A DNA stretch of 64,000 nt from Candidatus Saccharimonadota bacterium (GCA_017514975.1 JAFWIF010000014.1:52070-116069), one strand, 5' to 3'; positions 9,550 to 19,384 are shown, numbered from the stretch's first letter. Notes: generated from the sequence alone by a model not told the origin. Numbers and translations are program-made.

Positions 9550-10062
9550 ATGAACTTGATATTGATAATTGTTTTTATATGCGTGCTGATTTTTGGATTA
9601 GCGGCGTTTACAGGTGCGCCTTATGTGCCGTCACATAAAAAAGAGCTGCAAATTGCCTTCAAAAAATTATACCGCCTATCGCCGCAAGATTATATCGTCG
9701 ATTTGGGGGCGGGCGACGGCATGGTTTTGAAGGTCGCGAGTGAATTTGGGGCAAAAGGGTTGGGGATAGAAATTAATCCACTGTTAGTAATGATAGCAAA
9801 GTGGCGTCTGCGTAAAGATCCCAATATGGAGGTTAAATTTGGAAATTTGTTTGCAACCGAATTGCCAAGTGAAACAAGTTTGATATACGTTTTTGGTGAA
9901 TCGCGGGATATTACAAAAATGGTCGACGTAGCACTCAGACATACGCGTAGATATCATAAAACGGTTTATTTAATGTCTTATGGTTTTACGGTGCCTGGCC
10001 TAAAAGTTTTCAAGAAAAATCGTGCCCTCTATCTCTATCAGATTAAAGACGAGAGCATTTAG
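9550..10062 (+). CDS. Class I SAM-dependent methyltransferase with an N-terminal TM helix
   Basis: Motif I is VDLGAGDGMVL. I trimmed the start to the ATG at 9550 because the track start at 9508 lies inside the tRNA. Confidence 0.6.
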   Translation: MNLILIIVFICVLIFGLAAFTGAPYVPSHKKELQIAFKKLYRLSPQDYIVDLGAGDGMVLKVASEFGAKGLGIEINPLLVMIAKWRLRKDPNMEVKFGNLFATELPSETSLIYVFGESRDITKMVDVALRHTRRYHKTVYLMSYGFTVPGLKVFKKNRALYLYQIKDESI

Positions 10063-10075
10063 TGTAGCAATTTTT

Positions 10076-10630
10076 TTATTTTGCCTGCGAGAAAGCGAAT
10101 GAGCCAGTTAGCTCTAAGTCGATAGGAGTCTCAGAGACATCAGCTTCGGAAAGATATTCGACACGAACTACAGCGTCGTGACCCCGGCTCTTCGATGTGC
10201 TGAGCGGCAAAGAGAGGTCGTTGGCGGTCTCAGTATAATCGTCGCCGTCATAGCTAATCGTGTAGCGTACTTTACCGACGTATTCGTCTGGTATATCAGA
10301 TAGGGCAATCGAATCGAGCACGGCATCATAGTCGCCATCATTGACAAGCGAGACCTTAAACGAGCAAAAATCGCCTGGTTGATTCAGCTGTACGCCAAGC
10401 ACGTAATTTGTATCCGTAAACTCAAGTTTTTTGGGAGACACGCTGTTCTCGGCGAGTTCGTAAGTTGTGTCGTCAAAGCGGACACTCCAACGAGCAACGC
10501 TTGAATCCGGGAGTTGTCGCTCAATCACCGAAAAAGACTGCGCAAGAAAAACTGACCCAATTATGATAAAAATAACAACAAAGCCCAACAGCGAAATCAT
10601 AACCAGATGAAAATTTTTTAGTTTTTGCAT
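10076..10630 (-). CDS. Signal-anchored secreted protein, unknown function
   Basis: N-terminal TM (LVMISLLGFVVIFIIIGSVFL) followed by a beta-rich acidic domain. I recognised no motif. Confidence 0.45.
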   Translation of the reverse strand: MQKLKNFHLVMISLLGFVVIFIIIGSVFLAQSFSVIERQLPDSSVARWSVRFDDTTYELAENSVSPKKLEFTDTNYVLGVQLNQPGDFCSFKVSLVNDGDYDAVLDSIALSDIPDEYVGKVRYTISYDGDDYTETANDLSLPLSTSKSRGHDAVVRVEYLSEADVSETPIDLELTGSFAFSQAK

Positions 10631-10692
10631 AATAATTAATGCCCTTCCCTTCTTTTTTTAAATTTTAGCATAATCGTTTTGATGATGCAATT

Positions 10693-12486
10693 TTATGGCG
10701 TAAGATTGACGCGGCGCTTAGCGCTCCCCCAGTCGCGTACGTCAGTAAAACGATCAAGCGCATCAGCCATCTGGAGATTTTCAGAGTAGATGTCGATATT
10801 TTGCGCAAAATAATAATCAAGGCTGGAGCGATAAATGCCAATCGCCGGCACATCGTTGAGCCAATATTTTAGAAAAGTTTCATACTTGTTTTTGCGAAGG
10901 TTTGCTCGTGAGGTCGAGCGCGCGGACAGCAGGGCGTCGTCGACGAGACTATTGCTATACTCACTAAAGTTCCATCCTTTTTCGCCAGTTTGCGTAGAGC
11001 TATAGTATACGAAGGGATCGACATTAATGCCTAAGTCAACTTCATAGAACAGAATATCGTAGTCTCTCGGCTTAATGACCGCCGAGAAGAAATCGACGGA
11101 CGCCGAGGAAGATTCATCAAACTTGTTCATCGCAACATCAAAACCGAGAGTACGTAGCTCGCGCGCAAACCGCTCAGCGGAGTCGCGAATAACCGGCCGA
11201 TCCTGAACAGCAAGCTTGAGAGTGACGCGATCACCATTTTTGTCGACGAGCTCGTCATTGTCAAAGCTATACCCCGATGCTTCGAGTAGTTTTTTTGCCT
11301 CAGCGATGTCGTAGCCGGGTATCTCTGGAAAACTTAAATCCTCGAATTGATTAGGCAGGATAGGATAATCAAGCTTTAATTGCGCATCGAGACCGTCGCG
11401 AACTGTCGCCATATTAACGCCGCGCTGGATAGCGCGACGAACGCCCGCCTTGCCCATGACACCACTTTCGCTTCTGAGATTGAGAAAAGCAAAAACACCA
11501 CCGTTTAAAGCACTCGTACGGCGCTTAATGGTGTCTGGCAAACTGGCGGCAGTCTCGCGGTTCAGAGCGGCGGTTGCCGTAATCTTGGAATCTCTAAGGT
11601 CCGAGACGATACCGTCAACATCATCGTAAGCGCGCAAGGTGAATGAGCTTAGTTTGGCTGGGCGAAGAAAATAATGTTCATTACGAGTCAGGTAGATTGT
11701 TTGCTTCTCGGAATTGGTAGAATTAGTAGTCTGCAGGACATTGAGGACAAACGGCCCCGAAGTAACTGGCTCGGTTGAGAATTTGCTTTCATAGATTAGG
11801 TTAGGCTTCGTGTCGCCCAAAACGTGCTTGGGAACGAGCGGAAACTCTAAGCTCTCCATAAAATCTGCATACGCAGATGGCAAGACGAACCTAACAGTGC
11901 GCGCATCGAGTCGTTCAATTTTAACATTGGAGAAATTTTTAGAAACCATAGTCTTTGCCGAGCTGTCATTGATAAGATCAAAGGTAAATATTATATCGTC
12001 GGCAGTGATTGGCTCACCGTCAGACCATTTGAGACGCTCCTTCAAGACAACCGTCCAGCTTTTACTACTTTCGTCCGTGGTGACAGACTCGGCCAACTCT
12101 GGCTTGAGGTGACCACTTCGGTCTAGAGAGACGAGATTTGCGAAAAGGAGTTTTGACAGCGTTTTTTCGGCGTCTGTTGTTGCATAAAGCGGATTCATCG
12201 AGTTAATCTCGCCAATAACCCCCTCGCTGATATCGCCGCCGCTCACATAGGCTTCAGTCTCAAAAGAGTCGCGATACCAAAAAATCTGGACAACAGCCAA
12301 TAAAAAAACTACCAAAACGAGAAGCGCCCATTCGATGACCCAAAGACGCACTTCGCGCACATTGCTGAGTCGCTGAATAAAATTTGAGACAAAATGACGC
12401 TCAGACCGGTCGCGCAGCTCATAATAGCGAGCCGCAACGCGCTTTCGCCGTTCTTGCTGCCCACGCTTTTTTGATGATTTTTCCAT
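10693..12486 (-). CDS. ABC-transporter substrate-binding protein, family 5 (peptide/nickel type), membrane anchored
   Basis: Basic N-terminus plus a TM, then an SBP_bac_5-like body (LKWSDGEPITADDIIFTF, GPFVL). Confidence 0.7.
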   Translation of the reverse strand: MEKSSKKRGQQERRKRVAARYYELRDRSERHFVSNFIQRLSNVREVRLWVIEWALLVLVVFLLAVVQIFWYRDSFETEAYVSGGDISEGVIGEINSMNPLYATTDAEKTLSKLLFANLVSLDRSGHLKPELAESVTTDESSKSWTVVLKERLKWSDGEPITADDIIFTFDLINDSSAKTMVSKNFSNVKIERLDARTVRFVLPSAYADFMESLEFPLVPKHVLGDTKPNLIYESKFSTEPVTSGPFVLNVLQTTNSTNSEKQTIYLTRNEHYFLRPAKLSSFTLRAYDDVDGIVSDLRDSKITATAALNRETAASLPDTIKRRTSALNGGVFAFLNLRSESGVMGKAGVRRAIQRGVNMATVRDGLDAQLKLDYPILPNQFEDLSFPEIPGYDIAEAKKLLEASGYSFDNDELVDKNGDRVTLKLAVQDRPVIRDSAERFARELRTLGFDVAMNKFDESSSASVDFFSAVIKPRDYDILFYEVDLGINVDPFVYYSSTQTGEKGWNFSEYSNSLVDDALLSARSTSRANLRKNKYETFLKYWLNDVPAIGIYRSSLDYYFAQNIDIYSENLQMADALDRFTDVRDWGSAKRRVNLTP

Positions 12487-12711
12487 TTAACCTGTAATTA
12501 AAATTGCTAAGATAGAAACAATAAAGACGACGGCCACGACGACAGTTACATTAAACATTGACTTCTCGAGGCCACGCCGCTCGGTATATAATTCGCCAGA
12601 ACCACTCAGTCCTGCGCCAAGAGAGGCGCCGCGCTGCTGAAGCAATACGAGAATAATTAACAAAATCGCAGAAACAAAAGTTATAGTCGTCAAAATCGCA
12701 GTGATGTCCAT
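12487..12711 (-). CDS. secG: Preprotein translocase subunit SecG
   Basis: 74 aa with two TMs and the central LLQQRGASLGAGLSGSG motif. Confidence 0.7.
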   Translation of the reverse strand: MDITAILTTITFVSAILLIILVLLQQRGASLGAGLSGSGELYTERRGLEKSMFNVTVVVAVVFIVSILAILITG

Positions 12712-12802
12712 AAGATTATTTTACACGAGATGAATACAGTTTGACAAGTACTTTACTTTAATGAGTCTATCCTGAGACTGAGTCCGTATCGTAATAACGA
12801 GG

Positions 12803-15800
12803 CTACTGAGCGACGCAGCGGACGGAGAGGCCGTCAGCCCTGTGACCGTAGAAGTTTCGGGGGCCGACGTTGCTACTGCCGAAGTACAGGCTGGGGGCGT
12901 AGCTCGTACCATTTGCGGTAGAAGACCAGAAGAAGCCTTGGCTGCCCTGATAGTACTGCGAGCCAGTGTAGTAGTAGTAGCCTGAGAAGGGGAAGCTAAA
13001 CGGAACGTTTTGCATTGTCGTGCTGCCAGTACTTCCGTTTAAGGCGTAGGTCGTCGTCAGTAGATTGTAGTAGCTCTTCGTTCCTGTATTACTTGGTAGT
13101 TGCCAGCCCTTCGGACATATCGACTGGTCAGCCTCCTCGCCGCTTCCCATTGTCGCTAGCCCTGTTCCTGCCGTTGCCGTATACCAGTTGTAAAGGTTGC
13201 CATAGGTCGTAGCTCTATCCGCGTAAGTTGCATGTTGCGAGAAATCATACATATGCTTGATGTTGGTCGTGTTGCTAGAACCACCTTCATTCCACGCAGC
13301 TCCTGCTTTAGTTTGCGCTGCTGGCATCGTAAAGTTTTGGCTGACGTTTGAATCTTGTGGGGTGAGAACGAGCGGATTCGCTTCGGTAGAATTGTCTCCA
13401 AGGTCGAGGTTTTGCGTCATCCAGCAGTTTCCATCGGCAAGTTTGGAGACAGTGTAGCTTTTGTTGTCGCGGGGGTCGAGAAGAGTGGCGGTGGGAACAA
13501 GGGAAGCGTCCGTAGAGTGCGTGGTTGTAGTGGTACGAGCGGAGACCGAGGGGGTGGTTTCGGCAGCACAGATGGCCGAAGTCATCTCTTGCATGGTCGT
13601 AATGCCGCCAAAAGTCGGGCCGCGTGGAGTCCATGATTCACCTTGCATGGTTTTTTCGACGGTGAGTTTTTCCCAGGTCGGATAGAGCGTAACGTCCGCA
13701 GAAGGCATAATGAAGGAGTCGTTGTTAATGGTGAGATCGGTCGGCGATACGACATGCCAGCCAGCGAAGACATAGTCGGCGCCGACGCAGGTCGGAGTTT
13801 TTTCGATAGTAACAGTCGTGCCGACGACGTAATGGTTGCCACTTGGCATGTTGGCAATACTAGTACAGGCGTCTGAAGAGGAAATGGTGCCAAAGACTAC
13901 ACCTTTTAGAGAGAAGGAGGGAGGGAGAGCGTTACTTGGAGTGACGAGCTTCGTGGCGGCAAAACCAAAACCAGCGAGAAAAGAGAGCGCGAGAAGGCGA
14001 AAAATAAATTTGCGAGTTTTGTTTGCGGCGAAAGAGGTTTTCTTCGAGCAAGACGCAATAGAGATGGGATTTACTATTCGCTTCGGAGCGAAACGGGAGC
14101 GACGCAAGCTTTTCAAGTGACTCATCGCGAGCTTGGTCCACGAAAACTTCTTGGCGAAAAGGAAGAAAGAAAGGACAGCGCCAGCAAGGAGGCCGGAAGC
14201 GATGAAGGGGAAAATGTTAGTAAAAGCAGCGGTTGGTGGGGTGCTGTTTTTTGACCAAGTGGCGACGATTTGGTTATTTTCCTTATAGGCGGACGCTTGG
14301 GCGTCGGTAGCAGAGCTGCCATAATCGAGGACAGCGGTGCGCTGATCGGTAACAGCAGAAGTGTAATCTTGGGGCACGACGACAGTAAAGAGATTGGCGA
14401 CTCTACCACTACCGTCAACAGGAGAAACAGCGTAACTTGCATCAGATGCGGACATATTAATCGTGTATTTTGTATCAGTGGAGATATTGGAGAGAGTGAG
14501 TTGTTGGTTGTGCTTTAGGTAGACCATACAGATGCGCCCGTAAGTACAGGTGGTGGGGTTTACGAAAGAAATGTTCCCGTTCCCGTAGCGAATACTGCCC
14601 TGGTCAAGACCAGAAAGCGCATAGGTTTCACCTTCGATGCCGTCACTAAAGTCGAAGATATAACGAAAATATTCGGAGGTGTTAGCGAGGTCGCCTTGGA
14701 CGAGGCTTTTTAAGGTCAGAGTGGTCTTTGGCGGATCGGAGAATTTGATTTTTACGACAACATTGCCGCTCGGCATAACGAAAGAACCATTGCTGGTGGC
14801 GGAGTTGCCCTCAACGGTGGCACCTTGGACGGTGTAGCTGAGGAGTCGGTAGCCGTCGAACGTTGATTGAGGGAGAGGCGAAATGAGATTAACGATGGAT
14901 CCTGGAGCGTAGTTGGTTTCAGAAGGGAGCGCAAAGCTACTCGGCGCGCGACCGTCGAAGACATAGGAAACTTTGTAGATATCGGCTTTAGACCAGGTTC
15001 CTTCAAGAGTAAGGTTTTTTGTAGGCATAACGAGAGTGTTGTTGGAAATGGTGGCGTCAGTAGTAGTCCAGCCGTTAAAGACGTAGCCGTCGACAGGAGC
15101 GGGCGTGGGGAGCTGAACAGAGAGACCAGATTGAATGGTCTGGCTAGCGGGGAGCTTGGCGGAGACAGGGGCGTCGCCGGTATAGGAGTAATTAAGCGTA
15201 TAGTTATCCGATGAACTTTCATCGCCGATATAAGCGTGGACGGTTTCGGAGAAGAAAGTGCCGTTTTGGTTTGCGATGGTGGCGGTATTAAAGAAATCTT
15301 GGCGGCTGACGGTGGTGGGTAGAGTTGGAGTCTTGGTCTTGATTTCATATTTTACAGTACAAGTTTCGCTGAGACCGGTAAGCTTAATGGTAGCGACACG
15401 AGTCGAGGCGTCGTAGGTCTTGCTGAGGGTGCTTTGGTTAGAGCAGCCTAGAGCCTGCTCGGTACCAAAAGCGAGAAAGGTGAGACCGTCGGGGATTTTA
15501 TCAGTAACAACAACGAGTCCACTTGCGTCATTTGGATTCGAGAAAGTACCATAATCGACAGTAAGGTAGTAGTCGAGAGCAGAATTCTCCTCGAGTCGAG
15601 TACCGCTCGTAACGTCGCCGTAGGCGAAAGATTGGTTGTCTCTGGTATCTTTAAACAGAAATGCTAGAAACGAGCAGGCAAGAAGCACGAGCGAAGCAAA
15701 GACGACGCAGAAGAATTGTTTCTGCTTTTTTGTTCTTCTAAATACCCCCCCCCTAAACGGGGATTTGCTCAAGGAATTTTGCCGACGAGCTCGGCAAAAT

Positions 15801-15817
15801 AGCGAAGATAAGGACAT
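12803..15817 (-). CDS. Composite surface protein: signal anchor, InlB-B/Listeria-Bacteroides repeats, a pilin-like Ig domain, an internal TM-basic loop-TM, and a C-terminal Fibrobacter-type (FISUMP) domain
   Basis: YVFNGWTT and YVFAGWHV repeat motifs; GDLANTSEYFRYIF; C-terminal DPRDNKSYTV...YGNLYNWYTA...CPKGWQLPS...FWSST...GLSVRCV. The RBS is AAGGAG with the ATG at 15817. Confidence 0.7.
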   Translation of the reverse strand: MSLSSLFCRARRQNSLSKSPFRGGVFRRTKKQKQFFCVVFASLVLLACSFLAFLFKDTRDNQSFAYGDVTSGTRLEENSALDYYLTVDYGTFSNPNDASGLVVVTDKIPDGLTFLAFGTEQALGCSNQSTLSKTYDASTRVATIKLTGLSETCTVKYEIKTKTPTLPTTVSRQDFFNTATIANQNGTFFSETVHAYIGDESSSDNYTLNYSYTGDAPVSAKLPASQTIQSGLSVQLPTPAPVDGYVFNGWTTTDATISNNTLVMPTKNLTLEGTWSKADIYKVSYVFDGRAPSSFALPSETNYAPGSIVNLISPLPQSTFDGYRLLSYTVQGATVEGNSATSNGSFVMPSGNVVVKIKFSDPPKTTLTLKSLVQGDLANTSEYFRYIFDFSDGIEGETYALSGLDQGSIRYGNGNISFVNPTTCTYGRICMVYLKHNQQLTLSNISTDTKYTINMSASDASYAVSPVDGSGRVANLFTVVVPQDYTSAVTDQRTAVLDYGSSATDAQASAYKENNQIVATWSKNSTPPTAAFTNIFPFIASGLLAGAVLSFFLFAKKFSWTKLAMSHLKSLRRSRFAPKRIVNPISIASCSKKTSFAANKTRKFIFRLLALSFLAGFGFAATKLVTPSNALPPSFSLKGVVFGTISSSDACTSIANMPSGNHYVVGTTVTIEKTPTCVGADYVFAGWHVVSPTDLTINNDSFIMPSADVTLYPTWEKLTVEKTMQGESWTPRGPTFGGITTMQEMTSAICAAETTPSVSARTTTTTHSTDASLVPTATLLDPRDNKSYTVSKLADGNCWMTQNLDLGDNSTEANPLVLTPQDSNVSQNFTMPAAQTKAGAAWNEGGSSNTTNIKHMYDFSQHATYADRATTYGNLYNWYTATAGTGLATMGSGEEADQSICPKGWQLPSNTGTKSYYNLLTTTYALNGSTGSTTMQNVPFSFPFSGYYYYTGSQYYQGSQGFFWSSTANGTSYAPSLYFGSSNVGPRNFYGHRADGLSVRCVAQ
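15745..15753 (-). repeat. G9 homopolymer (coding strand) inside the signal-peptide n-region; the frame is currently ON
   Basis: Counted directly as nine C on the plus strand. It encodes R-G-G in PFRGGVFRRTKK. Confidence 0.9.
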
Positions 15818-15867
15818 GGTGGAGACTCCTTGTTTTCGTATGTTTATTTTGACCTAATTGTATGCTT

Positions 15868-15928
15868 ATAGTAGCAAAATTCGTAGATTCCGTCAATGCT
15901 TGACTTTTTTGAATTTTTGTGCTATAAT
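15868..15928. promoter_or_regulatory. Back-to-back divergent promoters (cassette copy 1)
   Basis: Minus strand: TTGACG (15896..15891), 17 nt, TACTAT (15873..15868), then leader AGGTCAAAATAAACA (15855..15841). Plus strand: TTGACT (15900..15905), 17 nt, TATAAT (15923..15928). Confidence 0.5.
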
Positions 15929-15934
15929 GAGGAG

Positions 15935-15971
15935 ATAGTAGTGTCTTTAGATTCCTGAAGGCGCGGTTTTT
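15935..15971 (+). ncRNA. Candidate short hairpin-terminated transcript (copy 1)
   Basis: A 10-bp stem GTGTCTTTAG-ATTC-CTGAAGGCGC is followed by GGTTTTTGG, starting about 7 nt after the plus-strand TATAAT. Confidence 0.25.
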
Positions 15972-15974
15972 GGA

Positions 15975-17327
15975 TTAGGAGAGGGCGTCTTTGCGCTTTA
16001 AGAGAGTGTGGTATTGGACGGCAAAGCGATGACTTTCATCATCGATACGGGAAAGAAGTTTGGCAAGGTGGCTATCGGAGGGAAATTCGAGAAGGTGAAA
16101 TTGGTCGGGAGCGGCGAGTCGAGAGATTGGGGCTGAAATAGTTGTGGGATAGTAGATTTTGACGGGGGCGTTCTTGCCGTGGTCGCCACTTTTGTCGCGG
16201 GCAATAACGGGGATGTTTTCGGGAACGAGAAGGGGGAGGACGGCGGCAAGCTGGGCTTTGGAGCCGTCGAGGAGAATGAGATCGGGGCGACCCCAGTCGC
16301 TCAGATGACGGAGACGACGAGAAAGAACTTCGCGGAGCGATTCTGGATCGTTGTTTTGCTGTTTTTTTAGCTTGAAGCGACGATATTTAGTGCGATCGGC
16401 AACGCCATTGATAAAACATACCATTGAGCCAGTAACATTGGTGCCGGATTGGTGACTAATATCGTAACCCTCAATGCGAACGGGGGGCTGGTCGAGATTT
16501 AAGAGAGATTGAAGATCTTTTAGAGCTTGGTCGTTGGAAATGTCTAAAAATTCTTTGTCAGAAAAGACAATTTTAGTGCCGATACCTTTGATGCCAAACA
16601 GCTGATTGCGATATTTTGCTGCAAGTTCATAATCTTGATTTAGAGCCGCCTCGCGCATTAGTTTTTCTAGGTCGCGTAGTAATTTTTTGCGACTTCCCTT
16701 TAGATAAGAGACCAAACGGCGCAAGCTGCGACGATACTCGAGTGGAGTTGTTTTGCCGATTTCGATGCCTGGAGTCAAACCAAGATCAGTATCAAGAGTT
16801 TTGCGTCCGCTATAAGGGCGATCATAATACGGGAATACTTTGCGAAGAATGCGGAGAGCGCGCGTAATTGCGGTCTTGCCATAATACGGACCATAATAGT
16901 CGGCGCCGTCATCTTCTGGGTTGCGAGTAATTGTAAGATCAGGAACATCGGCTTTCATATTGATGCGAACATAGCTGACGCTTTTGTCATCACGGAGAAG
17001 AATGTTCCATTTTGGCTTGTAGCGCTTGATCATTTCGCTCTCTAAGAAAAGCGCATCCATCTCGGTATCGACTACGAGCCAATCGATGTCGGCAATTTCG
17101 GCGACGAGAGCACGCGTTTTGGGGTCTTTGCGTTCTGGGCTTTGAAAATATTGGCGAACGCGATTTCTAAGGATAGCGGCCTTGCCGACATAAATGACCT
17201 GACCAGTCGCATCTTTATGAAAGTAAACACCTGGCTCCTTAGGCAAAGCACGCAAGGTGTCGCGCAAGTGCTGAGACAAGCCACTGCGGCGGCGCCGAGG
17301 CTCGTGCGAAGTAGCGTCCGAGGACAT
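15975..17327 (-). CDS. uvrC: Excinuclease ABC subunit C, short form without the C-terminal HhH region
   Basis: GIY-YIG block (GVYFHKDATGQVIYVGKAAILRNRVRQYF), a UVR segment (YELAAKYRNQL), and an RNase H-like endonuclease region. The protein ends at 450 aa. Confidence 0.8.
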   Translation of the reverse strand: MSSDATSHEPRRRRSGLSQHLRDTLRALPKEPGVYFHKDATGQVIYVGKAAILRNRVRQYFQSPERKDPKTRALVAEIADIDWLVVDTEMDALFLESEMIKRYKPKWNILLRDDKSVSYVRINMKADVPDLTITRNPEDDGADYYGPYYGKTAITRALRILRKVFPYYDRPYSGRKTLDTDLGLTPGIEIGKTTPLEYRRSLRRLVSYLKGSRKKLLRDLEKLMREAALNQDYELAAKYRNQLFGIKGIGTKIVFSDKEFLDISNDQALKDLQSLLNLDQPPVRIEGYDISHQSGTNVTGSMVCFINGVADRTKYRRFKLKKQQNNDPESLREVLSRRLRHLSDWGRPDLILLDGSKAQLAAVLPLLVPENIPVIARDKSGDHGKNAPVKIYYPTTISAPISRLAAPDQFHLLEFPSDSHLAKLLSRIDDESHRFAVQYHTLLKRKDALS

Positions 17328-17330
17328 CTC

Positions 17331-19148
17331 TTATACCTTTTTGGCGGCGCGCTTACGTAGTACGGGGTCAAGTTCACGCTTTCTCAGGCGAAGGTTTTTC
17401 GGTGTAACCTCTAGCAATTCGTCGTCCATCAAGAAGTCTAAACATTGTTCGAGCGAAAGCTGCGTATGAGGAGTGAGCTGGATGGCGCCGTCGGAAGCGT
17501 GCGTGCGCATATTGGTGAGTTGCTTTTCGCGGCAGACATTTATATCGAGTTCGTCCTTTTTCGAAAGGCCAACAATCATGCCGCGGTAGACTTCGACTTG
17601 CGGCGGAATGTAGAGAATACCGCGCGCCTGAGCGGAGTCAAGAGCATAGGCGGTCGAAACGCCATTTTCGGAAGCAACCAAGGCGCCGTTTCGCTCTTGC
17701 TGGAAAGGCGCAGTAACAACTCGATAACCGCTCGGCAGACTATTCATAATAACCGTACCGCGAGTCTCGGTAAGGAGAGTATTGCGGAGACCGATAAGAG
17801 CAGCCGTAGTAATACGATATTCAAAACGAGTGCTGCCAGTTGGTAGGATTTCTTGAGACTTTAGGTCGGCACGACGACGGCCGAGTTCTTGAGAGACGGC
17901 GCCAACAAATTCGGTCGAAACCTCGATAGTTAAATCTTCGACCGGCTCCTCTTGATGACCATCAACGGTCTTGTAGACAACTTCGGGACGACCAACTTCG
18001 AGCTCGTAGCCTTCGCGACGAAGAGTCTCAATCAGGACAGAAAGATGAAGTTCGCCACGGCCAGAAACTTTGAAGCCAAGACCTTGAGGAGTAAGTTTGA
18101 GAGCAATGTTGGTTTCAAGCTCTTTTTTGAGACGATCGCCGATTTGGCGGGAAGTGGTAAAATCGCCTTCCCTGCCCTTTAGAGGTGAAGTGTTTGGGCC
18201 AATATAGATGCTCATCGTGGGAGCTTCAAGCTCGATTGTAGGGAGAGCTTCGGGATTATCGCCAGAAGCGATAGTGTCGCCAATACTGGCATCGGCAAGA
18301 CCAGCGAGCGCCACGATATCGCCGGCGATGGCTTCGGTTTGTTCCTCGCGAGTCAGACCACGATAAGTAAAAACGCGTTCGATTTTGCCCTTTTGAACAG
18401 TTTGGTCAGGCTTGATAATACTAACAACTTCACCGCGCTTTAATTTGCCGCGAAAAATTTTACCAATAGCATAGCGACCAAGATAACTGTCGGAAGCGAG
18501 AGCAGCGACGAGAAGTTGGGCGCCCTTCGAAGCATTGTCGTCGATGCGCGGGGCAGGAATTTCGTTGACGATTGCCTCGAAGATGACTTTGAGATCCTGA
18601 TCTAAATCGGTAGTTTTACCAGCGCGCCCGTCGCGCGCGATTGCGTAATAGACTGGATACTTGAGTTGGTCTTCGCTGGTTGCAAGCTCAAGGAAAAGAT
18701 CAGCAATCTCGTCTTCGACTGCGGCGATGCGAGCGGCAGGTTTATCGATTTTATTGATGACGACGATAGGCTTAAGCGATAGCTCGAGGGCTTTTTTGAG
18801 GACAAATTTGGTTTGAGGCATCGGGCCCTCTTGGGCGTCAACGATTAGGAGAACGCCGTCAGCCATATTAAGCGTACGCTCGACCTCGCCAGAAAAATCA
18901 GCGTGGCCTGGAGTATCGATGATATTAATCTTGTAGCCGTCGTAAAAAACTGCGGTTTGTTTCGCGGTAATAGTGATACCTCGCTCGTGTTCCTGGTCGC
19001 CAGAGTCCATGATGAGAGTTTGATTCATCTCGGCTTGGTTTTCACGGAAGGTGTTACTCTGTTTCAAGAGGGCGTCAACGAGCGTGGTTTTACCATGATC
19101 GACATGGGCGATAATAGCGACGTTACGAATGTTGAGAGAGTTTTGCAT
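17331..19148 (-). CDS. typA: Translational GTPase TypA/BipA
   Basis: [41 protein letters not shown], and a full-length BipA-like C-terminus. Confidence 0.9.
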   Translation of the reverse strand: MQNSLNIRNVAIIAHVDHGKTTLVDALLKQSNTFRENQAEMNQTLIMDSGDQEHERGITITAKQTAVFYDGYKINIIDTPGHADFSGEVERTLNMADGVLLIVDAQEGPMPQTKFVLKKALELSLKPIVVINKIDKPAARIAAVEDEIADLFLELATSEDQLKYPVYYAIARDGRAGKTTDLDQDLKVIFEAIVNEIPAPRIDDNASKGAQLLVAALASDSYLGRYAIGKIFRGKLKRGEVVSIIKPDQTVQKGKIERVFTYRGLTREEQTEAIAGDIVALAGLADASIGDTIASGDNPEALPTIELEAPTMSIYIGPNTSPLKGREGDFTTSRQIGDRLKKELETNIALKLTPQGLGFKVSGRGELHLSVLIETLRREGYELEVGRPEVVYKTVDGHQEEPVEDLTIEVSTEFVGAVSQELGRRRADLKSQEILPTGSTRFEYRITTAALIGLRNTLLTETRGTVIMNSLPSGYRVVTAPFQQERNGALVASENGVSTAYALDSAQARGILYIPPQVEVYRGMIVGLSKKDELDINVCREKQLTNMRTHASDGAIQLTPHTQLSLEQCLDFLMDDELLEVTPKNLRLRKRELDPVLRKRAAKKV

Positions 19149-19307
19149 CTAATTAGGCTTTCTTGTTTGTAGTTTTAGAAATCTTGGGCTGCGACTAAAA
19201 GAGTTTTCGGAGCGGGATTTTGCACTCGTTGACCTCGCCTGAATAGCAGAAACTTCCGGCACTTTTGATATTAATAACTTTTAGAATGAGCCTAAAATTT
19301 CTATTAC

Positions 19308-19384
19308 TGGTGGGTCGTGCAGGAGTCGAACCTGCGACCTTATCTACGTCAAAGATACGCTCTAGCCAACTGAGCTAACGACCC
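19308..19384 (-). tRNA. tRNA-Val (anticodon GAC), CCA encoded
   Basis: The reverse complement folds as GGGTCGT/ACGACCC acceptor, TATCT-TTGACGT-AGATA anticodon arm, GCAGG-TTCGACT-CCTGC T arm. Confidence 0.9.

Noticed and set aside
12712-12760. A leaderless secG mRNA (TTGTCA, 18 nt, TAAAAT, ending 6 nt before the ATG)
   Set aside because: The promoter match is moderate, and secG could equally be co-transcribed with the upstream surface gene. This is not testable from sequence alone.
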